From a virus (taxonomy: Duplodnaviria > Caudoviricetes), in IMG/VR virus record IMGVR_UViG_3300025769_000005, positions 2,085-66,084 of that record: a DNA stretch of 64,000 nucleotides. One strand, given 5' to 3'. Positions within the stretch are counted from its first letter, which is position 1; each line of letters starts with the position of its first letter. The position numbers and the translations under genes are program-made. The notes beneath the pieces were generated by a model that saw only the letters and a program-made list of their open reading frames with translations, ran no database searches and had not been told where the DNA came from. Of this stretch, positions 10,026 through 20,259 are shown piece after piece.

Positions 10026-10286
10026 ATGAGTAAAGATTCAAAAATTACAGACAAAGAGTTAGAAACAATTAAAGAACAACAACAAAAAATTCAAACAGTT
10101 GTTTATGACTTAGGAGCATTAGAAGCTAAGAAATTTGAAATTTCTACAGCGTTAAAAGAGTTTAATGATGCTTTAAACGAAACTAAAAAAGAATTAGAAG
10201 AAAAGTACGGGCAAGTTAATATTAACTTACAAGACGGATCTTACGAGGAAATTGTACCTGAAGTAGAAGCTGAAGAAGTAAAGTAA
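10026..10286 (+). CDS. Coiled-coil hypothetical protein
   Basis: Heptad-rich; EKYGQVNINLQDG. Confidence 0.6.
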   Translation: MSKDSKITDKELETIKEQQQKIQTVVYDLGALEAKKFEISTALKEFNDALNETKKELEEKYGQVNINLQDGSYEEIVPEVEAEEVK

Positions 10287-10287
10287 A

Positions 10288-10515
10288 ATGAACTCTATTA
10301 TAAGAAAGATAAGTATAGGCGCGGACTATAAAAACGAAGCTATGCATTATTCTGTAGGACAATCAGTTTATGGTGGTCATACAATTAATAACATAACTTT
10401 AGACGAATCTGATAATTCTTATAATATATACATTAAAAAAAACGACGAGGTAATGCCGTGGAAGAAATTTAATTCTAACATGGCTATCTCTGTTGAATAC
10501 GATTTAGAGTATTAA
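10288..10515 (+). CDS. Hypothetical protein
   Basis: 75-aa ORF, translationally coupled to the next gene. Confidence 0.6.
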   Translation: MNSIIRKISIGADYKNEAMHYSVGQSVYGGHTINNITLDESDNSYNIYIKKNDEVMPWKKFNSNMAISVEYDLEY

Positions 10516-11120
10516 TGAACAGTGTATATGACTTTATTATATCTCCTAAAAACAAAAGATATAATAACGAGAAAAAAGTTGGTGATAAAACTTTAGTATT
10601 AAATACTAACATTGAAGATCACAAACTGGTTAGCAAAGAAGCAATTGTAGTTTCTGTGCCATTAGCGTTTAAAACTATTTTAAAAGTTGGAGATGAAATA
10701 ATGGTGCACCATAATATATTTAGAAGATGGTATGATGTTCGTGGCGAACAAAGAAACAGTGGTCAATATTTCAAAGAAGATTTATATTTTTGTAAACCAG
10801 ATCAAATTTATCTATATAAAAAAGATAATAAATGGTTAGCAATTGGTCAAAGGTGTTTTATAAAACCTATAAAAAACATTGACAATTTAACGCTTGATAT
10901 TGAACAAAAACATATTGGTATACTAAAAATAGGTAATAGTTCATTAGAAGCGCTAGGAATTAACGAGGGAGATCTTGTAGGTTTTAGAGCTAACAGAGAA
11001 TGGGAATTTATTGTAGGCGATCAGCGTCTTTATTGTATGAAATCAAATGATATTATTATAGAGTATGAATACCAAGGAAACGAAAAAGAATATAATCCAA
11101 GCTGGGCACGTAGCGGTTGA
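10515..11120 (+). CDS. GroES-like tandem beta-barrel protein
   Basis: AIVVSVP...LKVGDEIMV and GINEGDLVGF...LYCMKSNDII resemble two Cpn10 units. Confidence 0.5.
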   Translation: MNSVYDFIISPKNKRYNNEKKVGDKTLVLNTNIEDHKLVSKEAIVVSVPLAFKTILKVGDEIMVHHNIFRRWYDVRGEQRNSGQYFKEDLYFCKPDQIYLYKKDNKWLAIGQRCFIKPIKNIDNLTLDIEQKHIGILKIGNSSLEALGINEGDLVGFRANREWEFIVGDQRLYCMKSNDIIIEYEYQGNEKEYNPSWARSG

Positions 11121-11340
11121 GGAACTTATTAAAGTTGCTAAAGAAGCTATTGTAGATTCAGACGATGATATATCAGCTGACAGACTTAAAAATGCTGCCG
11201 CTACTAAAAAGCTAGCTATATTTGATGCTTTTGAAATACTTAACCGTATTAACGAAGAACAAAGTATGTTAGAAGAAAAACCTAAGGAAGTCAAAAAAGA
11301 AACTACATTTCGTGGTTTTGCTGAAGGGAGGTCTAAATAA
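11065..11340 (+). CDS. Probable terminase small subunit
   Basis: Small helical protein directly upstream of and coupled to terL. Confidence 0.45.
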   Translation: MNTKETKKNIIQAGHVAVEELIKVAKEAIVDSDDDISADRLKNAAATKKLAIFDAFEILNRINEEQSMLEEKPKEVKKETTFRGFAEGRSK

Positions 11341-13550
11341 TGTACAAGCAAACTTTATATAAGGTATTACCTGATTATATTAAACCTAAAATTCTTAAAA
11401 GAATGAATAGGTATAATAAATGGGAGTATGGATATAATGATGATTATGATATGGTTGTTATATCTAAGACTGGACAAATTGGAGAGATTTATGAAATACA
11501 AAATCTTAAAATAGCTTTACCTAAACAAAACAATGTTCATAAGTTTGAAAAGAACAAATGGACTAGGTTTGATTATCCTAAAGTATTAAGTAAAATAAAA
11601 ACAGTATTTGATTGGAGAGAATACCCTGAAGATTTTAAAGAACAATGGTATGACTATATTGATCTTGAGTTTAAAAGACGTGAAGAAGGTTTTTGGTATA
11701 TAAACAAAGATAAACCTATATTTATAACTGGCACTCACTACATGTATTTACAATGGTCAAAAATTGATGTTGGCCAACCAGACTTTAGAGAATCAAACAG
11801 ATTATTTTTTATATTTTGGGAAGCCTGCAGAGCAGATAACAGAAGCTATGGTATGTGTTATCTAAAAAACAGACGATCTGGATTTTCATTTATGGCATCT
11901 GGTGAAACTGTTAACATGGCTACAATATCAACTGACGCGCGTTTTGGTATATTATCAAAGTCAGGTGCTGATGCTAAAAAAATGTTTACAGATAAGGTAG
12001 TACCAATATCGGTTAACTATCCTTTCTTTTTCAAACCAATACAAGATGGTATGGATCGACCGAAAACAGAACTAGCGTATCGTGTGCCAGCTTCTAAGTT
12101 TACAAGAAGGTCTATAGTTTCTACAGACAAACAAGAAGACATAACAGGACTTGATACAACTATTGATTGGAAAAACACTGGTGACAATGCTTATGATGGT
12201 GAAAAACTAAGATTATTAGTACATGATGAAAGTGGTAAATGGGAAAAACCTAATGACATACAAAACAATTGGCGTGTTACTAAAACAACATTAAGACTAG
12301 GTTCTAGAGTTATTGGTAAGTGTATGATGGGATCAACATCAAACGCTTTAGATAAAGGTGGTAGAAACTTTAAAAAATTATATGATGACTCAGATGTTAC
12401 AAAAAGAAACGCAAATGGACAAACACGTTCAGGACTCTATTCTTTGTTCATTCCTATGGAGTGGAATTACGAAGGATACATTGATTCTTATGGCTACCCT
12501 GTCTTCGAAACCCCATCAGAAAAAGTGTATGGACCTCATGGAATACCAATCAAAATTGGAGTCATTGAATATTGGGAAAATGAGGTAGAAGGTCTTAAAG
12601 AAGACCAAGATGGTTTAAACGAATTTTATAGACAATTTCCTCGTACAACTAAACACGCATTTAGAGACGAGTCTAAAATGTCTTTATTTAACTTAACAAA
12701 AATATATCAGCAAATAGATTACAACGAAGAAGCGTCATCTGCCGCTGTTGTAACTGCTGGAAGTTTCCAATGGGAAAATGGTATTATTGATACTAGAGTG
12801 GTTTTTTCACCTAACAAAAACGGTAGATTTCTTATAACATGGGTGCCACCAACAAATTTACAAAACAGATTTATAATTAAAAATGGTATTAAATATCCAG
12901 GCAATGAGCATATGGGTGCTTTTGGTTGTGATAGTTATGATATATCAGGTACAGTAGATGGAAGAGGCTCTAAAGGAGCTTTAAGTGGTTTAACTAAGTT
13001 TAGCATGGAAGATGCTCCTGTTGATCATTTTTTCTTAGAGTATATCGCTCGCCCACAAACCGCTGAGTTGTTTTTTGAAGATGTATTAATGGCTTGCGTT
13101 TTTTACGGTATGCCAATACTTGCAGAGAATAACAAACCTAGATTATTATATCATTTTAGAAGAAGAGGTTACAGAGGTTTTAGTATGAATAGACCAGACA
13201 AAGTCTATGCTAAACTATCATTAACAGAAAGAGAGATTGGTGGAATACCTAACTCTAGTCAAGATATAATACAAGCGCACGCTGCTGCTATCGAAACATA
13301 TATAGAAAATGCTGTAGGATTTGATGGTGATAGTTATGGGGATATGTATTTTCAAAGAACACTTGAAGACTGGGCTAATTTTGACATAACAAGAAGAACA
13401 AAATACGATGCATCTATAAGTTCTGGACTTGCTATTATGGCTTGTAATAAAAATAGATATGCTCCAGTTAATAGAACCATAAGAAAAACTATAGACCTTG
13501 GGATAAAAAGATATAACAACAAAGGTACATTATCAAAAATAATTAAGTAA
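11340..13550 (+). CDS. terL: Terminase large subunit
   Basis: Walker A-like KNRRSGFS, Walker B LVHDESGKW, MGST coupling motif, RNase H-like GCDSYD. Confidence 0.9.
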   Translation: MYKQTLYKVLPDYIKPKILKRMNRYNKWEYGYNDDYDMVVISKTGQIGEIYEIQNLKIALPKQNNVHKFEKNKWTRFDYPKVLSKIKTVFDWREYPEDFKEQWYDYIDLEFKRREEGFWYINKDKPIFITGTHYMYLQWSKIDVGQPDFRESNRLFFIFWEACRADNRSYGMCYLKNRRSGFSFMASGETVNMATISTDARFGILSKSGADAKKMFTDKVVPISVNYPFFFKPIQDGMDRPKTELAYRVPASKFTRRSIVSTDKQEDITGLDTTIDWKNTGDNAYDGEKLRLLVHDESGKWEKPNDIQNNWRVTKTTLRLGSRVIGKCMMGSTSNALDKGGRNFKKLYDDSDVTKRNANGQTRSGLYSLFIPMEWNYEGYIDSYGYPVFETPSEKVYGPHGIPIKIGVIEYWENEVEGLKEDQDGLNEFYRQFPRTTKHAFRDESKMSLFNLTKIYQQIDYNEEASSAAVVTAGSFQWENGIIDTRVVFSPNKNGRFLITWVPPTNLQNRFIIKNGIKYPGNEHMGAFGCDSYDISGTVDGRGSKGALSGLTKFSMEDAPVDHFFLEYIARPQTAELFFEDVLMACVFYGMPILAENNKPRLLYHFRRRGYRGFSMNRPDKVYAKLSLTEREIGGIPNSSQDIIQAHAAAIETYIENAVGFDGDSYGDMYFQRTLEDWANFDITRRTKYDASISSGLAIMACNKNRYAPVNRTIRKTIDLGIKRYNNKGTLSKIIK

Positions 13551-15935
13551 ATGAATATATACACAAATCCAAACAGTTCTTTTCCTAGCCAAGTTGTGCC
13601 GGACGAAGTAAAAAACTCGTTGAAATATGGAGAGCAAGTTGCTCAAGCTATTGAAGGTGAATGGTGGAGACAAGGTGGTAATGGAACTAGATTTGCTACA
13701 TCATATAATAGATTTCATAGTTTAAGATTATACGCAAGAGGTGAACAACCTGTGCAAAAATACAAAGACGAGTTAGCTATTAATGGCGACATGTCTTATC
13801 TTAATTTAGACTGGAAGCCAGTACCTGTATTATCTAAGTTTGTTGATATCGTAGTTAACGGTATGACAAATAAAGTTTTTGAAATAAAAGCTAGTGCTCA
13901 AGATCCTATATCATTAAAGAAAAGAACAGACTACGCTACAGCTATATATGAAGACATGTTAGCTAAACCTTATTTAGAAGAATTAAAAACAAAACTAGGT
14001 TTAGATTTATATCAAAGTCCTAACCCTGCAGGTTTACCAGAAAATGAAGAAGAGTTAGATATGCATATGCAACTAACGTATAAGCACGCTGTAGAAATAG
14101 CTGAAGAAGAAGTTATAGATAATATATTAGCTAAGAATAAATTTATTAATATAAAGAAAAGATTTAATTATGATTTGGTAACATTAGGTATTGGTGCGGT
14201 TAAAACAAACTGGAACAAAGCTAATGGTATTACTATTGACTATGTTGATCCTGCTAGATTAATATTTTCTTATACAGAAGATCCAAACTTTGAAGACATA
14301 TATTATGTAGGAGAAGTTAAGTCACTTACTATTGGTGAAATAGCTAAAGAGTTTCCTGATCTTACAGAAAGTGAATTAGATAAAATATCTAAACAAACAG
14401 GTAACAGAGATACTTTATATGGTTGGTCTACTTACGATCCTAACACTATACAGGTTTTATATTTTGAATATAAAACATATAATAGTCAAGTATTTAAAAT
14501 AAAAGAAACAGATCAAGGTTTAGAAAAGTCATTAGTAAAAGATGATAACTTTAATCCACCAAAGTCTGATACGTTTTCTAAAGTATCTAGAAAAATAGAA
14601 GTATTATACAAAGGAGCTAAAGTAATTGGTAACAATGAGCTACTAAGATGGGAACTTGCCGAAAATATGACAAGACCTTTTGCTGACACTACAAAAGTAG
14701 AAATGAGTTACGCTATTGTAGCGCCAAGGATGTATCAAGGAAGAATTGAATCTATTGTTAGTAAAACTACTGGTTTTGCTGATATGATTCAATTAACACA
14801 TTTAAAGCTACAACAAGTTATGTCCAGAATAGTACCAGATGGTGTATTCTTAGATATGGATGGTTTAGCAGAGGTTGATTTAGGTAATGGTACAAACTAT
14901 AATCCAGCAGAAGCATTAAATATGTATTTCCAAACTGGTAGTATTGTTGGTAGATCATTAACTCAAGAAGGTTCACTTAACCAAGGTAAAGTACCTATTC
15001 AAGAATTAACTAGTTCTAGTGGTCAAGGTAAAATACAAAGTTTAATACAAACTTATCAGTATTATTTACAAATGATACGTGACGTGACCGGACTTAATGA
15101 AGCTAGAGATGGTAGTGATACAGATAAGAATAGTTTAGTAGGTTTACAGAAACTAGCTGCTAATGCATCTAACACTGCTACAAGACATATATTAAACTCT
15201 AGCTTATGGTTAACACTTAGAACATGTGAAAACATTTCTTTAAAAGTAGCTGATTCATTAAGTTATCCTTTAACTTTAAACTCTTTAAAAAGTTCTATAT
15301 CTACTTACAACGTAGGTACGTTACAGGAAATACAAAACTTAAACATACATGATTTTGGTATTTACTTATCATTAGAACCTGAAGAAGAAGAAAAAGCACA
15401 ACTAGAGCAAAACATACAAATGGCTTTACAGCAAGGTGGTATAAACCTTGAAGATGCTATTGATATACGTCAAATTAAAAATTTAAAACTAGCTAATGAT
15501 GTTTTAAAACAAAGACGTAAAAAGAAAGAAGCTAGAGAACAAGCTAACCAACAAGCCAACATACAAGCTCAAGCAGCGGCTCAAGCTGATTCAGCTGAAA
15601 AAGTAGCATTGTCAGAAGTACAAAAACAAGAAGCTATATCAGGTTCTAAAGTACAGTATGAGCAAGCTGTTAATCAAATGGAAATACAACGTATGCAAAT
15701 TGCTGCTCAAATAGAACAACAAAAAATGGAGATCCAACATCAATATGATATGGCCTTGAAAGGTATGGATGTCCAAGCTATGGAGAAAAAAGAAAATATG
15801 ATCGAAGATCGTAAAGACAAACGTAGTAAAATGGAAGCTACACAACAAAGCGAATTAATCAGTCAAAGACAAAATGATTCTTTGCCTAAAAACTTTGAAC
15901 AACCAGACATGGCATCTATGACGCCAAGTGTCTAA
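13551..15935 (+). CDS. Portal protein
   Basis: Follows terL; 794 aa; RDVTGLNEARDG segment; Q-rich C-terminal coiled coil. Confidence 0.85.
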   Translation: MNIYTNPNSSFPSQVVPDEVKNSLKYGEQVAQAIEGEWWRQGGNGTRFATSYNRFHSLRLYARGEQPVQKYKDELAINGDMSYLNLDWKPVPVLSKFVDIVVNGMTNKVFEIKASAQDPISLKKRTDYATAIYEDMLAKPYLEELKTKLGLDLYQSPNPAGLPENEEELDMHMQLTYKHAVEIAEEEVIDNILAKNKFINIKKRFNYDLVTLGIGAVKTNWNKANGITIDYVDPARLIFSYTEDPNFEDIYYVGEVKSLTIGEIAKEFPDLTESELDKISKQTGNRDTLYGWSTYDPNTIQVLYFEYKTYNSQVFKIKETDQGLEKSLVKDDNFNPPKSDTFSKVSRKIEVLYKGAKVIGNNELLRWELAENMTRPFADTTKVEMSYAIVAPRMYQGRIESIVSKTTGFADMIQLTHLKLQQVMSRIVPDGVFLDMDGLAEVDLGNGTNYNPAEALNMYFQTGSIVGRSLTQEGSLNQGKVPIQELTSSSGQGKIQSLIQTYQYYLQMIRDVTGLNEARDGSDTDKNSLVGLQKLAANASNTATRHILNSSLWLTLRTCENISLKVADSLSYPLTLNSLKSSISTYNVGTLQEIQNLNIHDFGIYLSLEPEEEEKAQLEQNIQMALQQGGINLEDAIDIRQIKNLKLANDVLKQRRKKKEAREQANQQANIQAQAAAQADSAEKVALSEVQKQEAISGSKVQYEQAVNQMEIQRMQIAAQIEQQKMEIQHQYDMALKGMDVQAMEKKENMIEDRKDKRSKMEATQQSELISQRQNDSLPKNFEQPDMASMTPSV

Positions 15936-15962
15936 TTATTAATTATTTAATTATATTATATT

Positions 15963-17162
15963 ATGTCAGAAGAAACAAAAACAACTGAACCTGTTAAACA
16001 GGAGGGTGACTTTAAAATAAAGTCAAAAACAAAAGTTAAAAAGTTTACTGAAAAAAAAGAAGAACCAGTTAAAGTAGATCTTACAAAAGATCCAAACGTA
16101 AAAGCTGAAGAACCTATTAAAGTAGATTTAACACAGAAAAAAGAAGAAACAGATGCCATTCAAATCGGAGAAACAGAGAAGGTGGATGTGGGCGAACAAA
16201 CCGGAGATGGCAAAAGCGTGGACGTTGGAGGAGACAAACCAGTTGAAGAGTCCAGCCCGATTATTGAAGAAATTCAAGAGATGGGAGAAAAGCCACTACC
16301 AAAACAAGAAGAAATAGTTAAACCAACAAAGGTTGAACTACCAGATAATATAGAAAAACTCGTAGAGTTTATGAAAGAAACTGGTGGCACAATAGAGGAT
16401 TACACAAGACTCAACGCTGATTATTCAAACGTTGATGAAAATACTTTATTAAAAGAATATTATAAAAATACTAAACCACATCTTTCGGATGATGATCTTG
16501 CGTTTGTAATGGAAGAAAATTTTTCGTTTGACACTGATTTAGATGAGGAGCGAGATATCCGCAGAAAGAAACTCGCAAAAAAAGAAGAAATTGCAAAAGC
16601 TAAAAAGCATTTAGAAGATTTAAAGGTTAAATACTACGATGAGATTAAGTTAAGACCATCGCAAAACCAAGATCAACAAAAAGCTGTAGACTTTTTCAAT
16701 AGATACAACAAAGATCAAGAGTTAGCTACACAGCAACACGAAAGATTTGTTAACGATACTAAAAGTTTATTCTCTGATGATTTCAAAGGTTTTGATTTCG
16801 AAGTTGGAGAAAAGAAATTTAGATATGGCGTTAAAGATCCTAATTCAGTTGCAGAAAATCAATCAAACATTAACAACTTCGTCGAGAAGTTCTTAGACAA
16901 TGAAGGTAATGTTAAAGATACGAAGGGTTATCATAAGGCTATGTACGCTGCTCAGAATGTAGATCGTATTGTAAAACATTTTTATGAACAAGGTAAAACC
17001 GATGGGATTAAAAACGTAATGCAAAGTTCTAAAAATCCTACACTAGATGCTCCGCGTCAAAGTGCAGGTGAAGACATATCATTAGGTGGTTTTAAAGTAC
17101 GTGCTATAAACGGAGTAGATAGTTCTAAGTTGAAAATTAAAACAAGTAAATTTAACAATTAA
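15963..17162 (+). CDS. Capsid scaffolding protein
   Basis: Acidic, disordered N-terminus; lies between portal and capsid. Confidence 0.65.
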   Translation: MSEETKTTEPVKQEGDFKIKSKTKVKKFTEKKEEPVKVDLTKDPNVKAEEPIKVDLTQKKEETDAIQIGETEKVDVGEQTGDGKSVDVGGDKPVEESSPIIEEIQEMGEKPLPKQEEIVKPTKVELPDNIEKLVEFMKETGGTIEDYTRLNADYSNVDENTLLKEYYKNTKPHLSDDDLAFVMEENFSFDTDLDEERDIRRKKLAKKEEIAKAKKHLEDLKVKYYDEIKLRPSQNQDQQKAVDFFNRYNKDQELATQQHERFVNDTKSLFSDDFKGFDFEVGEKKFRYGVKDPNSVAENQSNINNFVEKFLDNEGNVKDTKGYHKAMYAAQNVDRIVKHFYEQGKTDGIKNVMQSSKNPTLDAPRQSAGEDISLGGFKVRAINGVDSSKLKIKTSKFNN

Positions 17163-17174
17163 AACTAAAAAAAA

Positions 17175-18641
17175 ATGGGTGTATTAAGTCCTCAATTTGG
17201 AAGTTTAGTACCTTCACTACAACCTCAAGCTTTAGTAAGCAATTACTTAAACTTTAATAGTGGTGGCGGGAATGACTTCGCACAACAATATCTACCGGAA
17301 ATTTATGAAGCAGAGGTAGAGCGTTATGGAAACAGAACGTTAAGTGGCTTCTTAAGAATGGTTGGCGCTGAAATGCCAATGATGTCTGATCAAGTGATTT
17401 GGTCTGAACAAAACAGATTACATATATCTTACGAAAACGTAACTTGTGGTAATGGTGGTACAGATAATACTTTAACTATTCCTTTAGTTGCAGGAAGTGT
17501 TTTTAACACTATTTTTGCTAACATGACAGTAGTAATAATGGATCCTGCTAATCCTGCGTTTACAGTAAAAGCTATAGTTGTAAGCTCTAACGCTGCAACT
17601 GGAGTTGTAGTAGTTGAACCTTACACTAGAACATCGGTTAATGCTGGTGGTGCTAATTTAACTGGTTTGAAAATGTTTGTATATGGTTCTGAATTTGCAA
17701 AAGGTTCTACATTAGGAACTACATCAGGTCAGTCTATTCAACCTCAGTTAACTACTTTTAGTAACAAACCAATTATCATCAGAGACAGATACGCTGTAAG
17801 TGGATCTGATACTGCTCAAATCGGTTGGGTTGAAGTAGCTTCTGAAGACGGAACTTCTGGATACTTATGGTATTTAAAAGCTGAAGGTGAAACTAGATTA
17901 CGTTTTGAAGATTACTTAGAGATGAGTATGATTGAAGGTGAATTAGCTTCTGCTGGTCAAGTTCCTAATATAATCGCTGCTGTACCTTCATTTGCAGGTC
18001 TTCCAAATGGTGGAGCTGGATCAATAGGTACTGAAGGTTTATTTGCTGCTATTAATAATGGTGGTAATGTACTTTCTGGTTACGCTGGATCATTACAGGA
18101 TTTTGATTCTGTACTAGAGAATTTAGATTCTCAAGGAGCTATTGAAGAAAACATGCTTTTCTTAGACAGAAAAACTGAGTTATTATTTGATAACATGTTA
18201 GCACAACAAAACTCTTACGGAGCTGGAGGTACATCTTACGGTGTATTTGAAAACTCTGAAGATATGGCGCTTAACTTAGGTTTTTCTGGATTCAGAAGAG
18301 GTTCTTATGATTTCTATAAGACTTCATGGAAATATTTAAACGATGCGTCAACAAGAGGTGGTTCTGCTAACTTTGTTAACGGTGACAACATTGATGGTGT
18401 ATTAGTTCCTGCTGGAACTTCTACAGTATACGATCAGTTACTTGGAACAAACATCAGACGTCCTTTCTTACACGTAAGATATAGAGCTTCTCAAGCAGAT
18501 GACAGAAGAATGAAATCATGGTTAACAGGTTCTGTTGGCGGTGCTCAAACTTCTACGTTAGATGCTATGGAAGTAAACTTCTTATCTGAAAGATGTTTAT
18601 GTGTACAAGCTAGAAATAATTTCGTATTATTTACAGCTTAA
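17175..18641 (+). CDS. Major capsid protein
   Basis: 488 aa after the scaffold; strong codon bias; followed by a hairpin. Confidence 0.8.
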   Translation: MGVLSPQFGSLVPSLQPQALVSNYLNFNSGGGNDFAQQYLPEIYEAEVERYGNRTLSGFLRMVGAEMPMMSDQVIWSEQNRLHISYENVTCGNGGTDNTLTIPLVAGSVFNTIFANMTVVIMDPANPAFTVKAIVVSSNAATGVVVVEPYTRTSVNAGGANLTGLKMFVYGSEFAKGSTLGTTSGQSIQPQLTTFSNKPIIIRDRYAVSGSDTAQIGWVEVASEDGTSGYLWYLKAEGETRLRFEDYLEMSMIEGELASAGQVPNIIAAVPSFAGLPNGGAGSIGTEGLFAAINNGGNVLSGYAGSLQDFDSVLENLDSQGAIEENMLFLDRKTELLFDNMLAQQNSYGAGGTSYGVFENSEDMALNLGFSGFRRGSYDFYKTSWKYLNDASTRGGSANFVNGDNIDGVLVPAGTSTVYDQLLGTNIRRPFLHVRYRASQADDRRMKSWLTGSVGGAQTSTLDAMEVNFLSERCLCVQARNNFVLFTA

Positions 18642-18656
18642 TATTTATTGTAATAT

Positions 18657-18683
18657 TTACCCTCGTAAAAACTACGGGGGTAA
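18657..18683 (+). terminator. Hairpin after the capsid gene (probable terminator or stabiliser)
   Basis: ttaccctcgta-aaaac-tacgggggtaa followed by T-rich sequence. Confidence 0.6.
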
Positions 18684-18726
18684 TTATTACTCTTATATTT
18701 TTTTAACTATTTAATTATATTATATC

Positions 18727-19500
18727 ATGTCAAAAACAAAAGAAAAAGAACCTAAGGCTAAAAGCACTTGGGAAATAAAAGATAGAAACTATTTTTTAAC
18801 AGGAGATAAAGAACCTTTAACATACACGTTAAAATCAAGACACACGGAAAAATATCCGTTGTTATATTTTGATCCACAATCAAACACGCAAAGAGCGTTA
18901 AGATATGCTACTAATCAAAACTCGCCATTTGTAGATGAACAAAAAGGAGAAGTTACATTAAAGCATATTATGTTCAAAGACGGGTCTTTATTTGTACCTA
19001 AAGAACAACAAGCTTTACAAAAGCTTTTATCATTGTATCATCCAGATTTAAATGGTAGATACGCAGAATTAAAACCTCAGGCTATTGCTCAAGATGAATT
19101 GGTTGATTTGCAACTAGAGATCATGGCATTAAACGCTGCAAGAGATATGGACGTAGAACAAGGGGAAGCAATCCTAAGAGTTGAAATAGGATCAAGCGTT
19201 TCTGATTTATCGTCTAAAGAAATAAAAAGAGATTTATTATTATTTGCTAAAAGAAATGCTAAATTGTTTATTGATTTAGCTAAAGACGAAAATGTAATGC
19301 TAAGAAACTTTGGTATTAAAGCAACTGAAGCAGGTATTATAAGTTTATCTCAAGATCAAAGAACCTTTGTTTATGGTTCAAACAAACGTAAATTATTTAC
19401 AATACCATTTGATGAAAACCCTTACTCAGCATTAGCTGCATGGTTTAAAACAGATGAAGGAGTAGAAGTTTACAAAACTATAGAGAAAAAAATCTCTTAA
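18727..19500 (+). CDS. Hypothetical protein in the virion module
   Basis: 257-aa ORF after the capsid gene. Confidence 0.6.
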   Translation: MSKTKEKEPKAKSTWEIKDRNYFLTGDKEPLTYTLKSRHTEKYPLLYFDPQSNTQRALRYATNQNSPFVDEQKGEVTLKHIMFKDGSLFVPKEQQALQKLLSLYHPDLNGRYAELKPQAIAQDELVDLQLEIMALNAARDMDVEQGEAILRVEIGSSVSDLSSKEIKRDLLLFAKRNAKLFIDLAKDENVMLRNFGIKATEAGIISLSQDQRTFVYGSNKRKLFTIPFDENPYSALAAWFKTDEGVEVYKTIEKKIS

Positions 19501-19519
19501 CCTGTAATACTAATATATA

Positions 19520-19539
19520 GGGCTCGTTCAATCGGGCCC
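19520..19539 (+). terminator. GC-rich intergenic hairpin
   Basis: gggctcg-ttcaat-cgggccc; no U-tract. Confidence 0.4.
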
Positions 19540-19563
19540 ATATATTATAATAAATACACTAGA

Positions 19564-20256
19564 ATGGCAATAAACGTAGACGCTGTATATAAAACAGTCT
19601 TATTAATACTTAATCAACAACAAAGAGGATATATGACACCTGATGAGTTCAACAAGGTTGGAACTCAAGTGCAATTAAATATATTTGAAAAGTATGAAGA
19701 TGATTTAAACCAACAGTATCGTATGCCACAAAATGATACTGAATACGCTAATCGCGTAAAAAATATTGAACAAAAATTACAATTTTTTCAAAGAACAGGT
19801 GCTACAGCTTACGTAGGACCTCACTTTACTTTAACACCTAACGATATATATAGACTTGGTAGCGTTTATTATAATGGTGAAGAATTAACACAATATTCAC
19901 AAAGAAACGAGATAACACAACTTCTATTATCTCCACTTACAAAACCAACAACTGATTTTCCTGTTTATTTATACGAGCAAGATTTATTATACTTGTATCC
20001 TACAACAATACAAGCAGGGGTTACTATATCTTATCTTAAAAAACCTGCAGATATAAACTGGGGTTATAGCGTAGGTGCTCTTGGTCAGTTTTTATACAAC
20101 TCTGCTGGATCTGTTAACTTTGAGTTAAGCGTTACTGAACAAACAAATGTTGTAACTAGAATATTAGCATATGCTGGAGTTATAATAAACGATCCTACTA
20201 TTATACAAGTAGCAGCGCAAGAGATAGCACAAGAAGAACAAAATTCAAAAATGTAA
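19564..20256 (+). CDS. Head-tail adaptor/tail ring-like protein
   Basis: Position and size; GYMTPDEFN N-terminus, YLKKP motif. Confidence 0.55.
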   Translation: MAINVDAVYKTVLLILNQQQRGYMTPDEFNKVGTQVQLNIFEKYEDDLNQQYRMPQNDTEYANRVKNIEQKLQFFQRTGATAYVGPHFTLTPNDIYRLGSVYYNGEELTQYSQRNEITQLLLSPLTKPTTDFPVYLYEQDLLYLYPTTIQAGVTISYLKKPADINWGYSVGALGQFLYNSAGSVNFELSVTEQTNVVTRILAYAGVIINDPTIIQVAAQEIAQEEQNSKM

Positions 20257-20259
20257 AAC

